A stretch of 64,000 bases of DNA from Candidatus Latescibacterota bacterium (GTDB taxonomy: Bacteria > Latescibacterota > UBA2968): assembly GCA_965204745.1 (NCBI GenBank), contig OZ242010.1, positions 288,001-352,000 of the forward strand. The letters are read 5' to 3'. The stretch's first letter is position 1. Each line of letters begins with the position of its first letter. Shown here piece after piece: positions 28,858 to 39,797 of this stretch. A program made the translations under genes and the position numbers. The notes beneath the pieces were generated by a model. That model was not told the DNA's origin and searched no databases. It saw nothing but the letters and a program-made list of their open reading frames with translations.

Positions 28858-31800
28858 ATGGCAGTGTTTTCACCGGGTCAAATCGTCGTCTTGAAGTCCG
28901 ATCCCGCCATGAAGGGTGCGGTTGTTGAGGTCTTGCCGGGGCATCCCGAGAGCCGATGCAAGGTTTTTGTGGCGGGGAATGTTCAGACGTATTACGCCTC
29001 TCAGTTGCAGGCCGAAGACCGCGCCGATGACTTTCGGGTTCTTTCTCGCGACCGCTTTCACGCCCACCTAACCGCCCTCCAAATTCGGCAACCCAGCCTA
29101 TCCACGCTGTACTCGCTCAACGCGGCCCGAGTCGATTTCATCCCCTACCAATTCCGTCCAGTGTTGCGCTTTATCCGGTCAGATCGTCCGAGGTTGCTGA
29201 TCGCCGATGGCGTCGGCGTCGGCAAGACCATCGAGGCGGGCTTGATCCTCCGGGAGTTGCAGGCCAGGCGAGATGTTGCGTCCGTTCTCATTATTTGTCC
29301 TCGCCCATTGGTGACCGAGCGCAAGTGGCAGACCGAGATGAAACGGTTTGACGAGCGTTTCACCCATTTAGAGGGTAAAACGCTGCGATACTGCGTCAAT
29401 GAGATGGATTTGGAAGGCGGTTGGCCCGAGCAACATCAAAAGGCGATTCTCCCGTACTCGTTGTTCGACGAGGTGCTCCTCTACGGATCAAAAAGCAAAG
29501 GCAGGGCAAAAAACAGAAAAGGGTTGCTGGACTTGGACCCGCCGCCGCGCTTTGATCTCGTGATCGTGGATGAAGCCCATCACATCCGCAACCAGAGCAC
29601 CTACGCCCACCAAGGCGTGCGGTTTTTCTGCGACCACGCAGAGGCGGCGGTTTTCCTGACCGCTACCCCCATCCAGTTGGGCGACCACGACCTGTTCGTC
29701 TTGCTGAATGCACTGCGCCCGGATCTCATCCGGGATCAAGAGGGTTTTAAGCACATGGCAGAGCCAAACCCGTTCATCAACCGGGCCGCGGATATCGCTC
29801 GCGCCCAAGAGGCGGATTGGACAACGCGGGCCGCACAGGCCCTCGACGAGGCCGCCGCAACGCCTTGGGGACGAGCGATTTTCAAGCACAATCCCGAATT
29901 TAACCGGCTCAGACATCGACTTGCTAGGGCCAGCATCGCCGTCGACGAAAGAGTCCAACTCATCACGGACATCGAGGCGCTGCACACATTCTCGGGCATC
30001 CTCAACAGGACGCGGCGGCGCGATATCGGGGCTTTCACCATCCGAAATCCGGAGACCGTAACCGTTGCGTTCACCCCCAGTCAGCAACGGCTTCACGACG
30101 CGTTGCTCCGCGTCCAAGCGGACATATTTAGCCGACTTCACGGGGATGGCAACGTCGAGTTCATGATGACCACGATCAGACGCCAAGCCGCGAGTTGTCT
30201 GTACGGGCTGGCCCCCTTTCTCGAGGACATTCTCCACCGGCATATCGACGCGTTGGAATGGGAGGAAGCCGACAATACGGGGCCGGAACATTTAGGCGAT
30301 GCCGTCGATCCCATCCGGGCGCAAATCCAAGCCATCCTCGACCAAGCCCGATCCCTCGATCCGCACGACCCAAAACTCGACGCGCTCCGCAAAGTCATTC
30401 GGGACAAGCAAAGCCTGCCCAACAACAAGGTGATGCTGTTCAGCGGTTTTCGCCACACCCTTCGCTATCTTTACAACCATCTCGCAAAGGACGGTGTGCG
30501 CGTCGGGATGATCCACGGCGGGACGCCGGACGAGGAGCGCGTTGCACTGCGGAGCCGTTTCGAGAAACCGCGTGAAGACGGCGACGGTCTCGATGTGATG
30601 CTGTTCTCGGAAATCGGTTGCGAGGGATTGGACTACCAATTCTGCGATTGTATGGTGAACTACGACCTGCCGTGGAATCCGATGCGCGTTGAGCAACGGA
30701 TAGGGCGCATTGACCGAAAGGGCCAGCAAAGCGAGCGCGTCGCCATAGTCAACCTGATCGTGCCGGGAACGGTCGATGCGGATATTTACACGCGCTGCCT
30801 CGTCCGCATCGGCGTATTCGAGCGCGCACTCGGCGGAAGCGAGGAGATCCTCGGAGAGATCACCAGGGGAATCAAAAATATTGCGGAAAACTACGCGCTG
30901 AACGCAACGGAGCGGCGGGCCAAGTTCCAGCAGTTGGCGGATAACAAAATCCGGTTGATACAGGAACAGGAGAAATTGGAACAGCAACACAAGGAGCTTT
31001 TCGGCATTCGTCTGCCCGAGGATCAAATGCAGCAAGAGATCGCGGATGCGTCGAGTTTTTGGCTGTCGCCAGCGTCCCTCCGCAGGCTCGTCGCGCTCTA
31101 TTTGCAAAACACCTGCGGACGGGATCAGGAGTTCATCCTCGGCGAAAAACCCCTGAAAACACTCCGTCTTTCGCAGGATGCCCGCAATAGCCTGTTGCGC
31201 GACTTTCGGCAACTCCGGCGACAAAGCACCTATCGGGACTGGGAAAACTATCTCAAGGGCGGCAATCCCCACCTGTCCATCACTTTCGAGTCGGCCTGCG
31301 CCTCACAGCATTCCGACGCCGCGTTCATCATGCCGCTCCATCCCTTGGTGAAGCAGGCCGCAAGCTCGCTCGACACAAAGGAGCGCGTCCTCGTCAGCCT
31401 GAAGGCAAAAGCCGATGAGTTGCCCGCGGGCCCTTGTGAATTTGCCATTTACCAATGGCGGTTCTATGGCATCAAGGAGGATCTGGTGCTCAAGCCCATT
31501 GCCGCGTCAGATGCGGTAACGCCACACCTCAGCCGCCTGCTCAAGCGAGCAGTCGATGCAGACGCCCGGGAAGAAAGCAACGCCGCCGCGTGGGATGAAT
31601 TAGAAGACCGCCACTACGAGTTGTGGGCTGAAGCACGCAAAAACCACCGGCGAGAAACCCAAGAGTTGGCAGCGTACCGCAAAGAGAGTCTGTTGACGAG
31701 CCATCGCGCACGGATAGCACTGCTCGAGGAACAACTCGAACAGGCGGACAACGCGAATATTCAAAGAATGCGGCAGTCGCAGATCAACCGCGCACAAGCC

Positions 31801-31902
31801 GACTACGCCAGACGCCTCCAAGAACTTGACAGCGCCATGGAGAAAGCGGATATTCTCGCCGAACCAGTGGCGTATGGCACCTTAACCATAGAGGGGGGAT
31901 AA
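28858..31902 (+). CDS. SNF2-family (RapA/HepA-like) helicase
   Basis: PYQ, ADGVGVGKT, DEAHH, LTATP, EGLDYQ, YDLPWNPMRVEQRIGRIDR. Confidence 0.93.
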   Translation: MAVFSPGQIVVLKSDPAMKGAVVEVLPGHPESRCKVFVAGNVQTYYASQLQAEDRADDFRVLSRDRFHAHLTALQIRQPSLSTLYSLNAARVDFIPYQFRPVLRFIRSDRPRLLIADGVGVGKTIEAGLILRELQARRDVASVLIICPRPLVTERKWQTEMKRFDERFTHLEGKTLRYCVNEMDLEGGWPEQHQKAILPYSLFDEVLLYGSKSKGRAKNRKGLLDLDPPPRFDLVIVDEAHHIRNQSTYAHQGVRFFCDHAEAAVFLTATPIQLGDHDLFVLLNALRPDLIRDQEGFKHMAEPNPFINRAADIARAQEADWTTRAAQALDEAAATPWGRAIFKHNPEFNRLRHRLARASIAVDERVQLITDIEALHTFSGILNRTRRRDIGAFTIRNPETVTVAFTPSQQRLHDALLRVQADIFSRLHGDGNVEFMMTTIRRQAASCLYGLAPFLEDILHRHIDALEWEEADNTGPEHLGDAVDPIRAQIQAILDQARSLDPHDPKLDALRKVIRDKQSLPNNKVMLFSGFRHTLRYLYNHLAKDGVRVGMIHGGTPDEERVALRSRFEKPREDGDGLDVMLFSEIGCEGLDYQFCDCMVNYDLPWNPMRVEQRIGRIDRKGQQSERVAIVNLIVPGTVDADIYTRCLVRIGVFERALGGSEEILGEITRGIKNIAENYALNATERRAKFQQLADNKIRLIQEQEKLEQQHKELFGIRLPEDQMQQEIADASSFWLSPASLRRLVALYLQNTCGRDQEFILGEKPLKTLRLSQDARNSLLRDFRQLRRQSTYRDWENYLKGGNPHLSITFESACASQHSDAAFIMPLHPLVKQAASSLDTKERVLVSLKAKADELPAGPCEFAIYQWRFYGIKEDLVLKPIAASDAVTPHLSRLLKRAVDADAREESNAAAWDELEDRHYELWAEARKNHRRETQELAAYRKESLLTSHRARIALLEEQLEQADNANIQRMRQSQINRAQADYARRLQELDSAMEKADILAEPVAYGTLTIEGG

Positions 31903-31903
31903 G

Positions 31904-34900
31904 ATGAACTTGAAGGAATTGCGACAGAAGCGGTTGAAATATGTAGAGATAATCCGAGAAAATGGCTTTGAAGACGGGATCAAGCGTTCGCTGACGGATC
32001 TGTACCCCGATAATGCACACTTCATTTATGAACTTCTCCAGAATGCCGAGGATGCCCGAGCGACAGAAGTGCGCTTTATCCTCAAAGAGGATAGCGTCGA
32101 ATTTGAACACAATGGAGATCGGCTATTCTCTTTCGCCGATGTGGAGTCTATTACGAGCATTGGCGACAGTACCAAAAGAGAGGACCCAACCAATATCGGC
32201 AAGTTTGGCATTGGCTTTAAGGCTGTATTTGCATATACGGCAACGCCCGAAATTGCATCGGGCGAATTTCATTTTCGCATCCGCGATTTGGTCGTCCCCG
32301 ATACAGACGGGCTGACTCCTTGCTCCCTTGGCGAAAAAGAAACTCGATTCACTCTCCCTTTCGATAACCCCCAAAAGCCTCCCCAAAAAGCGCGTGCCGA
32401 AATAGAGGCAAATCTTCGGCAATTAGACGAAAGCACGTTGCTCTTTCTCAGTAACATCCAAAAAATAAAATATTTGCTACCTGATGAAACCTTGGGTTTT
32501 CTCGAGCGAAAAAAAACAGATGAAAGCCGAATTGAAATTCTCGTCCAGCATCCTGAAGATTCAGAGCCTGATTCAGTCTTTTTCCTTCGGTTTAAAAAAG
32601 AGGTTAGCGTAAATGACGAGAACGACCAACTCAAGCCGTGTCGAATTGCTGTTGCTTTTGGTTTGGAGAAGACTCAAGCACGCAATTTGGTATCATCCGA
32701 CGGATGGAAAATCAAGCGATTAGACCAAGGCCAGGTTTGCATCTACTTCCCTGCTGAAAAGGAAACGTCCAACCTGCGGTTCCATTTGCACGCGCCTTTT
32801 GCCTCAACCGTTGCCCGCGATAGTGTGCGCGATTGCCCTGCAAACGATGAATTGCGGGATCACTTGGCGGTTTTGATCGCAGAGTCTATGACGACCATAC
32901 GCGATCAGGGATTATTGACCGTAGGATTTCTAGCTGCCTTGCCCAACGCGAGAGATAATCTGTCTCCATTCTACACGCCAATTATGGATAGACTGATTAG
33001 GGCGTTTCAACAAAAAAATCTGACGCCGATGAAACAGGGAGGCCATAAGGCTGCAAATGGTACCTTCAGAGGATCGGCGCGACTGTCCGACCTTATCAGC
33101 GATAACGATTTGGCAACGCTTCTTGGAGGAGCTTACTCTCCGCCACTGTGGATTTCCAATCCGCCACAAAGAAACCAGCGAGAAGATAATTTTCTCTCTA
33201 TGCTGGATATCTCTGAATGGACGATTGAAGACCTTGTAAATGAATTGTCTGCCGATTCTAAAACGATAATGGAATGGATGGCAAAAAAATCTGACGGGTG
33301 GCATCAGAAACTTTATGCGTTACTGGGCGATTTCCTTTCAAATGCTTCATCCGATGACGCAACGGACCAAGAGACGAAATTGAAGCAGCTTCGTATCGTG
33401 CGATGTAGCGACGTCACTTACAAAATAGGACGAGACAGCTACTTCCCAAGTGACGGGGTGGAGCATGATAAAGCTATGCCCCGTATCGCCAAAGGTGTCT
33501 ATTTATCGGGAAATAACAAGCGAGAGAAGGAGAAGGCTCGCAAATTTCTTGCAGATATTGGGGTCCGTGAAGTTGGCGAAGTTGAGCGAGTTGAGGCAAT
33601 TCTGAAACAGCGATACTCGAAAGGTTCTATTAAACCTCGCAAGCAAGACCTAAAAAGATTCATTGATCTCGTAGAAAAGGAACCAAAACAGGCAGAGCTA
33701 TTCAGCGACTATTACATTTTTCATTTAGAAAACGGTAAGTGGGGAAAACCAAGAATAGTCTTTCTAGACTCTCCTTATCTTGCCACCGGTTTAAAGACGT
33801 ACTACAAGATAATTGGCGAAGACCCAGACAGGAAAAGGACACTCTCTCCGAACTATCAGGAGTCTGGTATAGAGCTAGAGAGGTTGGGGAAGTTTGCGAA
33901 GGCAGTAGGTGCTCAGACAAAACTGAATCCTAAAAAACAATGTATCCCACATGACCATCCGGAGTGGGATAAACTAACAGGTTACGATTACGGAGGGTGG
34001 TCTCAGAAGTATGGAAAAAATGAGGACTACGATATGCCAGAGTTCGACAGGCTATTGACCGAACCCAATTTGAGTAAATCTAAACTTATCTGGGATACAA
34101 TGAACCAATTATCTGATGACTGTGACTGTCTTAAAGCTAGTTATAGGTCAAATAGTAGGCATGATACTAAAACTGCTGATTCTACACTTGTCCATAATCT
34201 AAAAGAAAATGAGTGGGTGCCGCAAAAGCAAACAGGTCAAGAGGAATACATCTTTTTATTCCCCATTGATGCTACTGCGGAATTGCTTCCAAAAGGCTTT
34301 TCGTATGAACCTGAATCGGAATGGCTGGAAGCAATTGAGTTTGGAAAAATTAAGCGGGAACTTGAGGCGGAGAAAGAAAAAAAAAGAGAACAAGCGACTC
34401 AAGAGTATCAAAGTAAAAATGCTGCTGCTGAAATGCTCGGTTTTCCTTCCCCTGAAGAAGCTCAAGATATGGCAAAGATATTGGAAGATGACCCAGAGTT
34501 TATTCAACAGTGGAAGGATAAGAAACAGAGGGTCGCGTTTCCGGAAAGCCCAACGCAAGCCCCTGAACGACGACAGAAACGAATTGGCGAACAATACGGC
34601 GATGCTCCCAAAAAGGAATACGAACAGCGAGAAAGAAGCGATCGTACTTCACGCGGGGCTATTGATCCAACACAGCAATTACGAGAGCAGTACACCAACG
34701 AAGACGGTCAAATGATCTGCCAGATATGTGAAGAGGAAATGCCGTTTAAGAAACGCGATGGAGAGTATTACTTTGAGGCGGTGGAGGCTTTGTCAATAGC
34801 CTATCTCCCCAAGGAGCATGAGGTTCAGTTCTTGGCTCTGTGTCCTGTGTGTGCGGCGAGATATAAGGAGTTTGTAAAGAACGACGAAGACGCCATGAGT

Positions 34901-35032
34901 AAGTTGCATCGCGCCTTGAAGCAATCAGACGAACTTGAGGTGCCGCTGACATTGGGAGAATGGGAAACGAGCATCCGATTTGTGGAGACCCACCGAATAG
35001 ATATGAAAACGATTCTACAACAAGAGCAGTGA
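31904..35032 (+). CDS. Sacsin-like GHKL ATPase with C-terminal Zn-binding HNH-like domain
   Basis: HFIYELLQNAEDA, HNG, GKFGIGFKAVF, FHLHAPF; C-terminal CQIC...YFEAVE...LALCPVC. Confidence 0.85.
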   Translation: MNLKELRQKRLKYVEIIRENGFEDGIKRSLTDLYPDNAHFIYELLQNAEDARATEVRFILKEDSVEFEHNGDRLFSFADVESITSIGDSTKREDPTNIGKFGIGFKAVFAYTATPEIASGEFHFRIRDLVVPDTDGLTPCSLGEKETRFTLPFDNPQKPPQKARAEIEANLRQLDESTLLFLSNIQKIKYLLPDETLGFLERKKTDESRIEILVQHPEDSEPDSVFFLRFKKEVSVNDENDQLKPCRIAVAFGLEKTQARNLVSSDGWKIKRLDQGQVCIYFPAEKETSNLRFHLHAPFASTVARDSVRDCPANDELRDHLAVLIAESMTTIRDQGLLTVGFLAALPNARDNLSPFYTPIMDRLIRAFQQKNLTPMKQGGHKAANGTFRGSARLSDLISDNDLATLLGGAYSPPLWISNPPQRNQREDNFLSMLDISEWTIEDLVNELSADSKTIMEWMAKKSDGWHQKLYALLGDFLSNASSDDATDQETKLKQLRIVRCSDVTYKIGRDSYFPSDGVEHDKAMPRIAKGVYLSGNNKREKEKARKFLADIGVREVGEVERVEAILKQRYSKGSIKPRKQDLKRFIDLVEKEPKQAELFSDYYIFHLENGKWGKPRIVFLDSPYLATGLKTYYKIIGEDPDRKRTLSPNYQESGIELERLGKFAKAVGAQTKLNPKKQCIPHDHPEWDKLTGYDYGGWSQKYGKNEDYDMPEFDRLLTEPNLSKSKLIWDTMNQLSDDCDCLKASYRSNSRHDTKTADSTLVHNLKENEWVPQKQTGQEEYIFLFPIDATAELLPKGFSYEPESEWLEAIEFGKIKRELEAEKEKKREQATQEYQSKNAAAEMLGFPSPEEAQDMAKILEDDPEFIQQWKDKKQRVAFPESPTQAPERRQKRIGEQYGDAPKKEYEQRERSDRTSRGAIDPTQQLREQYTNEDGQMICQICEEEMPFKKRDGEYYFEAVEALSIAYLPKEHEVQFLALCPVCAARYKEFVKNDEDAMSKLHRALKQSDELEVPLTLGEWETSIRFVETHRIDMKTILQQEQ

Positions 35033-35073
35033 AGCTACGGGCGGCGATATTTGATTGATAGGAGGAAAGCCTT

Positions 35074-35355
35074 ATGGAACAAGCCCTAACCCGTAAGCAA
35101 GCCCTATCACTCGCGCAGGCAGTACCTTTTCTGATCGATTTTCCGGCCTCGCGTTATTGGGTGGATTATGACCGAGAGGCCGATGTGCTCTACATCGGCT
35201 TTGCGCGTCCGCAACAGGCCACGGATACAGACGCGACAGATGATGGCCTCCTGTTGCGCTATCGGGAGAACCAGATCGTGGGCGTGACTGTGTTGGATGC
35301 TTCTAAGCGCGTGTCGATCTCACCCCATTCGGCGGGCGACACAAGGCGGCAATAG
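35074..35355 (+). CDS. DUF2283-like small protein
   Basis: YDREADVLYI...IVGVTVLDAS; AGGAGG RBS. Confidence 0.85.
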   Translation: MEQALTRKQALSLAQAVPFLIDFPASRYWVDYDREADVLYIGFARPQQATDTDATDDGLLLRYRENQIVGVTVLDASKRVSISPHSAGDTRRQ

Positions 35356-35377
35356 GCGCGGTGGTCGCCTCGGCGAA
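35324..35377 (+). repeat. 54-bp direct repeat, copy 1
   Basis: Matches 36548-36601 with 2 mismatches. Confidence 0.92.
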
Positions 35378-35448
35378 TAGGCGAACAATGGATTGTTCAC
35401 AGCGGGCAATTCTACGACAAATGATTTAGAAATCTACGGAGGCACGCG

Positions 35449-35799
35449 ATGACGCGGGAACGAGATGAAATAGTCAAAACCATTGTCCGCGAGACCCTTG
35501 CGGAACGCTTTACAGCCGACGAGTTTGTGTTCGACCCCATTCAAGTGGTTCCGGTTGTCGATGAATTTGGCGATGGCGACGGAAAAGAGTACCTCCGCAT
35601 TGTCATTGTTTTCGCTGGCGATCAGAAACTGCTCGACCCCGCTTGGACTTCTGGTTTCATCAGGCGCATTGAGCCGAAGTTGATTGAGACGGGCATAGAA
35701 GAATTTCCCAGCCCGTCATTCGTCGAGAAGTCCGAGTGGTCGCGCTTGTGTCGCAAGTGGCAACGGCATCACCCGGAGGCCAGTGTTGAAACCACTTGA
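35449..35799 (+). CDS. Hypothetical protein, possibly minimal nucleotidyltransferase-like antitoxin
   Basis: GGAGG RBS; acidic 116-aa protein overlapping a HEPN-like gene. Confidence 0.55.
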   Translation: MTRERDEIVKTIVRETLAERFTADEFVFDPIQVVPVVDEFGDGDGKEYLRIVIVFAGDQKLLDPAWTSGFIRRIEPKLIETGIEEFPSPSFVEKSEWSRLCRKWQRHHPEASVETT

Positions 35800-36277
35800 T
35801 TTTATTGCAACCGCTCGGGATTTGGCCGGTGCAACCAACAGGGGGCGGCCGAGGGAGACAAACCTCAGACGTGCTGTCAGTACGACTTACTACGCGCTGT
35901 TCCACTGTTTGGCAACCTCTTGTGCCGATATGATCGTCGGCGGTACCAGGTCAAACCGCAGTCAACCGGCGTGGCGTCAGGCTTACCGGGCATTGCAACA
36001 TGGACATGCACGACAGCGTTGCGAACGCCCGAACATCATCGCAAAATTTCCAGACGAGATTCAGGATTTCGCAAAACTATTCGTCGATATGCAGAAAAAA
36101 CGGCATAGTGCTGATTACGACCCCGATGCAACGTATTCTCCAGTGATGGTTTTTTCCAAATCCAACATCATTCAAGACATCTTTGCTGCTGAAAATGTCA
36201 TCCATCGCTTTTCCAAAACACCTCTCAGAGACCGGCGTGCCTTCGCTGTCTACATCCTGCTAGACAGGCGAGACTAG
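35783..36277 (+). CDS. HEPN-like (UPF0332-like) protein
   Basis: RRAVSTTYYALFH and R-X3-D-Y motif (KRHSADYD). Confidence 0.7.
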   Translation: MLKPLDFIATARDLAGATNRGRPRETNLRRAVSTTYYALFHCLATSCADMIVGGTRSNRSQPAWRQAYRALQHGHARQRCERPNIIAKFPDEIQDFAKLFVDMQKKRHSADYDPDATYSPVMVFSKSNIIQDIFAAENVIHRFSKTPLRDRRAFAVYILLDRRD

Positions 36278-36351
36278 GTTGTGTTGACATTTACAAGTAA
36301 CGCAACTTGAACGAAAATTGATGGCACAAGAACTAATGGGAGTATTTGAAG

Positions 36352-36501
36352 ATGTCTGACGAAATCATCATGGAACTCTGGCGGATCAAAGATCGCATCG
36401 CACGGGAACATGGGTATGATATCGATGCCCTTGTTGCCCATCTCCAAGCCAAAAATCGGGCGGAAGGTCGGCAAGTTGTGGATCTGCGCGCTATGAAATA
36501 G
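36352..36501 (+). CDS. Small hypothetical protein (49 aa), type often found after PIN-domain genes
   Basis: Manual translation: MSDEIIMELWRIKDRIAREHGYDIDALVAHLQAKNRAEGRQVVDLRAMK. Confidence 0.65.
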   Translation: MSDEIIMELWRIKDRIAREHGYDIDALVAHLQAKNRAEGRQVVDLRAMK

Positions 36502-36547
36502 GCTGCTAAACAAGGTGTTGAACTGATGGCGCAAGTGCCAACGTGAA

Positions 36548-36601
36548 CCCATTCGGCGGGCGACACAAGGCGGCAATAGGCGCGGTTGTCGCCTTGGCGA
36601 A
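36548..36601 (+). repeat. 54-bp direct repeat, copy 2
   Basis: Matches 35324-35377. Confidence 0.92.
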
Positions 36602-36629
36602 CAGATAGCATAAAAAGGAGAAATCATCT

Positions 36630-37523
36630 ATGTCTCGCACCGTATTTGAGCGGGCAGAGGAATTTATTTGGAACAATGCGCGGTTGCTCGAGCGGCAGCG
36701 ATTTGCCTATCATTTCAAGGGTGGATCGCGCGAGGCCGTGATCGCGGCACTTCGCGCCTATCAAAACGCGGATGGCGGATTCGGGCACGCGCTCGAGCCG
36801 GATATTCGCTGCCCGCAAAGCCAACCCGTGCCCGTGCAACACGCCCTCGAGTTTCTCGACGACACGGGATTCGACGCCGAAATGGTGCAACGCGCCTGCG
36901 ATTATCTGATGACCATAACCACACCCGAAGGCGGTGTGCCGTGGCTGTTGCCCTCGGCGCATCAATATCCCCGTGCATCGTGGTGGAACGCGGTTGACGA
37001 CCTGCCCGCGTCCCTCAATCCAACCGCGGCCATTGCCGGCGTCTTGCACAAAAATCAGGTGCAACACCCGTGGCTGGCGCCGGCCACGGCGTACTGCTGG
37101 TCGCAAATCGACAGCCTGCAAGCCGAAGAGATGCATGAGATGGGCGCGGTGCTGGCCTTTCTCTACGATGCCCCGGACCGAGAACGCGCAGAACGCGAAC
37201 TCGACCGTTTGGTCAGCGCGATGTTCGCCACTGGACTGGTGGCAGATGCACGGGCCGCGGGCTATGTCCGCAAACCCCTCGACTGGGCGCCCACGCCCGC
37301 CCATCCGCTTCGCAAGCACTTTCGAGAAGCGGATATCGCGGCCAATTTGGACGCGCTGATCGCAGATCAACAAGCCGACGGCGGATGGCCCATCACTTGG
37401 CGAGCCGCGAGCCAAAGTTGCGAACTCGAATGGCGCGGCTGGGTCACGTTGGGCGCGCTACTCACGCTTCGGGCAAATGGGAGGTACTCTCCGTCCCCGG
37501 TCATAAGTGAGATGGAAGTTTAG
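36630..37523 (+). CDS. Prenyltransferase/squalene-oxidase repeat-like protein
   Basis: [16 protein letters not shown] and QQADGGWP motifs; AAGGAG RBS. Confidence 0.7.
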   Translation: MSRTVFERAEEFIWNNARLLERQRFAYHFKGGSREAVIAALRAYQNADGGFGHALEPDIRCPQSQPVPVQHALEFLDDTGFDAEMVQRACDYLMTITTPEGGVPWLLPSAHQYPRASWWNAVDDLPASLNPTAAIAGVLHKNQVQHPWLAPATAYCWSQIDSLQAEEMHEMGAVLAFLYDAPDRERAERELDRLVSAMFATGLVADARAAGYVRKPLDWAPTPAHPLRKHFREADIAANLDALIADQQADGGWPITWRAASQSCELEWRGWVTLGALLTLRANGRYSPSPVISEMEV

Positions 37524-37746
37524 CCACGAGCGGGGTACAACTGGCGACAGCCAGTTCAAAGGCACAAAAGGGGAGAGGCAAGAGGGGTACATGGCGACAG
37601 CCAGTTCAAAGGCGAGCCGTGAGTGTAGGTCTTCTCCCCTCTTGCCTCTCACCTCTCACCTTTTTAGGCGATGCCCCCGTGCTCGCCCAAAGATACAAGA
37701 TGCAGTTGTCAGTTGTCAGCGGTCAGTTGTCAGTCCCCGCCTCCAC
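37505..37746. repeat. Composite intergenic repeat (family B, family D empty IS110 target, REP-like, heptamer tail)
   Basis: Reverse-complement match to 8649-8800. 37628-37649 equals the reconstituted target of IS110 copy 2. Confidence 0.82.
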
Positions 37747-37839
37747 CCTACCGTCATTCGTTATCCTGGCGAACGCGCAAGCACAATGGCGGGAATCCAG
37801 TGGCTTTTGTCTTTTTGCCCGCAGAAGAGGAAAATAACC

Positions 37840-39513
37840 ATGTCTGAAAACGCGCCGACGGATTTTATTCGGGAAATTGTCCGCAAGGACATAAAAGCCG
37901 GCAAGCACGACCGCATTGTGACGCGGTTTCCGCCCGAGCCAAATGGCTATTTGCACATCGGGCATGCCAAGGCGTTTTGTCTGAACTTTGGGCTGGCCGA
38001 GGAATTTGGCGGGCAGTGCAACCTGCGGTTTGACGATACCAATCCAGACCGGGAAGACACCGAGTACGTCCATTCCATCTGCGAGGATTTGAAGTGGATG
38101 GGCTTTGATTGGGGCGACGGGTTGCACTTTGCATCGGATTATTTCGATCAACTCTACGACTACGCCGTGGAACTCATCCAGCAGGGCAAGGCGTATGTCT
38201 GCGATTTGAGCACGCAGGAAATCCGCGCCTATCGCGGCACGGTGACCGCGCCGGGCGAGAACAGCCCGTATCGCAATCGATCCGCGTCGGAAAATCTCGC
38301 CCTGTTCGAGCAGATGAAAAACGGCGCGTTTCCCGAAGGCGCGTGTACCTTGCGCGCAAAGGCGGATATGGCGTCGCCAAATATGAACATGCGCGATCCG
38401 GTGATGTATCGCATCAAACACACGCCGCACCACCGCACGGGCACCAAGTGGTGCATCTATCCCATGTACGATTGGGCGCACGGGCAGTCCGACGCCATCG
38501 AGCGGGTCACGCATTCCCTGTGCAGCATCGAGTTTGCAGAACACCGCCCCCTGTACGATTGGTACATCCAGCAGTTGGAGATTTTCCCGTCTCGGCAAAT
38601 CGAATTTGCCCGCCTGAACATCACCTATACCCTGACGAGCAAGCGGCTGTTGACTCAACTCGTGGATCGCGGCCTCGTCACCGGTTGGGACGACCCGCGC
38701 ATGCCCACGCTTTCCGGCATGAGACGGCGCGGGATACCGCCGCAGGCCATTGAGAATTTCATCTGGCGCGTGGGGATGAACCGGCGGGACACCACCGCGG
38801 AAATCGACTTGTTCGAGTTTTACATCCGCGAACATCTAAACGAGGTCGCGCCCCGGGTGATGGGCGTGATCGATCCCCTAAAAGTGGTCATTGAAAACTA
38901 TCCCGAAGGGGCGGAAGAGACCTTTGAGGCGATGGTCAATCCCGAAGATCCGGATGCGGGTACGCGCGCTGTGCCGTTTTCCCGGGAAGTGTACATCGAA
39001 CGCGAGGATTTTATGGAAGACCCGCCGCGCAAATTTTATCGCCTGGCCCCCGGGCGCGAGGTGCGGTTGCGCGCGGCGTGTTATATCACTTGCCGGGACG
39101 TGGTGAAGGACGAAGCCGGGCGGGTGGTTGAACTGCGGTGTACGTGGGATCCCGAGAGCCGGGGCGGGACGACGCCGGATAAGCGCAGGGTGCGCTCGAC
39201 CCTGCACTGGGTATCGGTCAAACACGCCATTGAAGCCGAGGTGCGTTTGTTCGACCGGTTGTTCCTCGCCGAGAATCCGGCCAAGACCGAAGATGGGCAG
39301 GACTTTACCGCCAATCTCAATCCCGATTCCTTAGAGGTGCGGCCCGCGTGTTATGTGGAGCCGAGCATGAAAGGCGCGCAAGTTGGGCATGTGGTTCAGT
39401 TTGAGCGGTTGGGCTATTTCTGCGTGGATGCGGATTCATCTGCCGAGAAGTTGGTGTTGAACCGCACCATCACCCTGCGCGATACGTGGGCGCGAATGAA
39501 AGGCAAAAAGTAG
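37840..39513 (+). CDS. glnS: Glutamine--tRNA ligase
   Basis: [40 protein letters not shown]. Confidence 0.97.
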   Translation: MSENAPTDFIREIVRKDIKAGKHDRIVTRFPPEPNGYLHIGHAKAFCLNFGLAEEFGGQCNLRFDDTNPDREDTEYVHSICEDLKWMGFDWGDGLHFASDYFDQLYDYAVELIQQGKAYVCDLSTQEIRAYRGTVTAPGENSPYRNRSASENLALFEQMKNGAFPEGACTLRAKADMASPNMNMRDPVMYRIKHTPHHRTGTKWCIYPMYDWAHGQSDAIERVTHSLCSIEFAEHRPLYDWYIQQLEIFPSRQIEFARLNITYTLTSKRLLTQLVDRGLVTGWDDPRMPTLSGMRRRGIPPQAIENFIWRVGMNRRDTTAEIDLFEFYIREHLNEVAPRVMGVIDPLKVVIENYPEGAEETFEAMVNPEDPDAGTRAVPFSREVYIEREDFMEDPPRKFYRLAPGREVRLRAACYITCRDVVKDEAGRVVELRCTWDPESRGGTTPDKRRVRSTLHWVSVKHAIEAEVRLFDRLFLAENPAKTEDGQDFTANLNPDSLEVRPACYVEPSMKGAQVGHVVQFERLGYFCVDADSSAEKLVLNRTITLRDTWARMKGKK

Positions 39514-39514
39514 G

Positions 39515-39543
39515 TTGCACATGAGCGAACAAAAATATATATT
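39515..39543 (+). promoter_or_regulatory. Sigma70-like promoter of tRNA-Gln
   Basis: TTGCAC-17bp-TATATT. Confidence 0.6.
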
Positions 39544-39559
39544 TACTCCCGACAATGAA

Positions 39560-39633
39560 TGCCCCTTCGTCTAATGGCAAGACACTGGATTTTGGTTCCA
39601 GGTATCGGGGTTCGAATCCCTGAGGGGCAACCA
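39560..39633 (+). tRNA. tRNA-Gln(TTG)
   Basis: Acceptor stem TGCCCCT/AGGGGCA, anticodon arm CTGGA-TTTTGGT-TCCAG, GGTTCGAATCC, encoded CCA. Confidence 0.96.
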
Positions 39634-39639
39634 AAAAAG

Positions 39640-39676
39640 AAAGTGCCCGTGCGGTTTTATGCACGGGCACTTTTTT
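39640..39676. terminator. Intrinsic terminator after tRNA-Gln
   Basis: AAAGTGCCCGTGC...GCACGGGCACTTTTTT. Confidence 0.85.
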
Positions 39677-39797
39677 GTGCATTCCCATTTTTTAGTCACA
39701 AAAGGGGAAATCGAAATGGCATTTTTAAGAGGTTACGTATGCGTAACGCAAAAAAATAAAGGGTTGCGAGTTAAAACTCACAACCCCTTGTTCGTAT

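Noticed and set aside
28858-31902. DISARM drmD or housekeeping rapA
   Set aside because: No drmABC or methyltransferase neighbours. The accessory context and partner gene argue against a confident rapA call.
35324-36601. Integron attC array
   Set aside because: No intI gene, and the 54-bp repeats lack clear RYYYAAC/GTTRRRY ends. Only a weak attC-like stretch near 36505 was seen.
36630-37523. Squalene-hopene cyclase partner of hpnCDE
   Set aside because: Only 297 aa, with no DxDD motif and not linked to the hpn operon.
37507-37839. Long N-terminal extensions of glnS (likewise 45070, 48261, 48614, 49900, 59518, 9974, 8659, 44934)
   Set aside because: They run through repeats or neighbouring genes. 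Downstream starts with an RBS or translational coupling fit the family N-termini.
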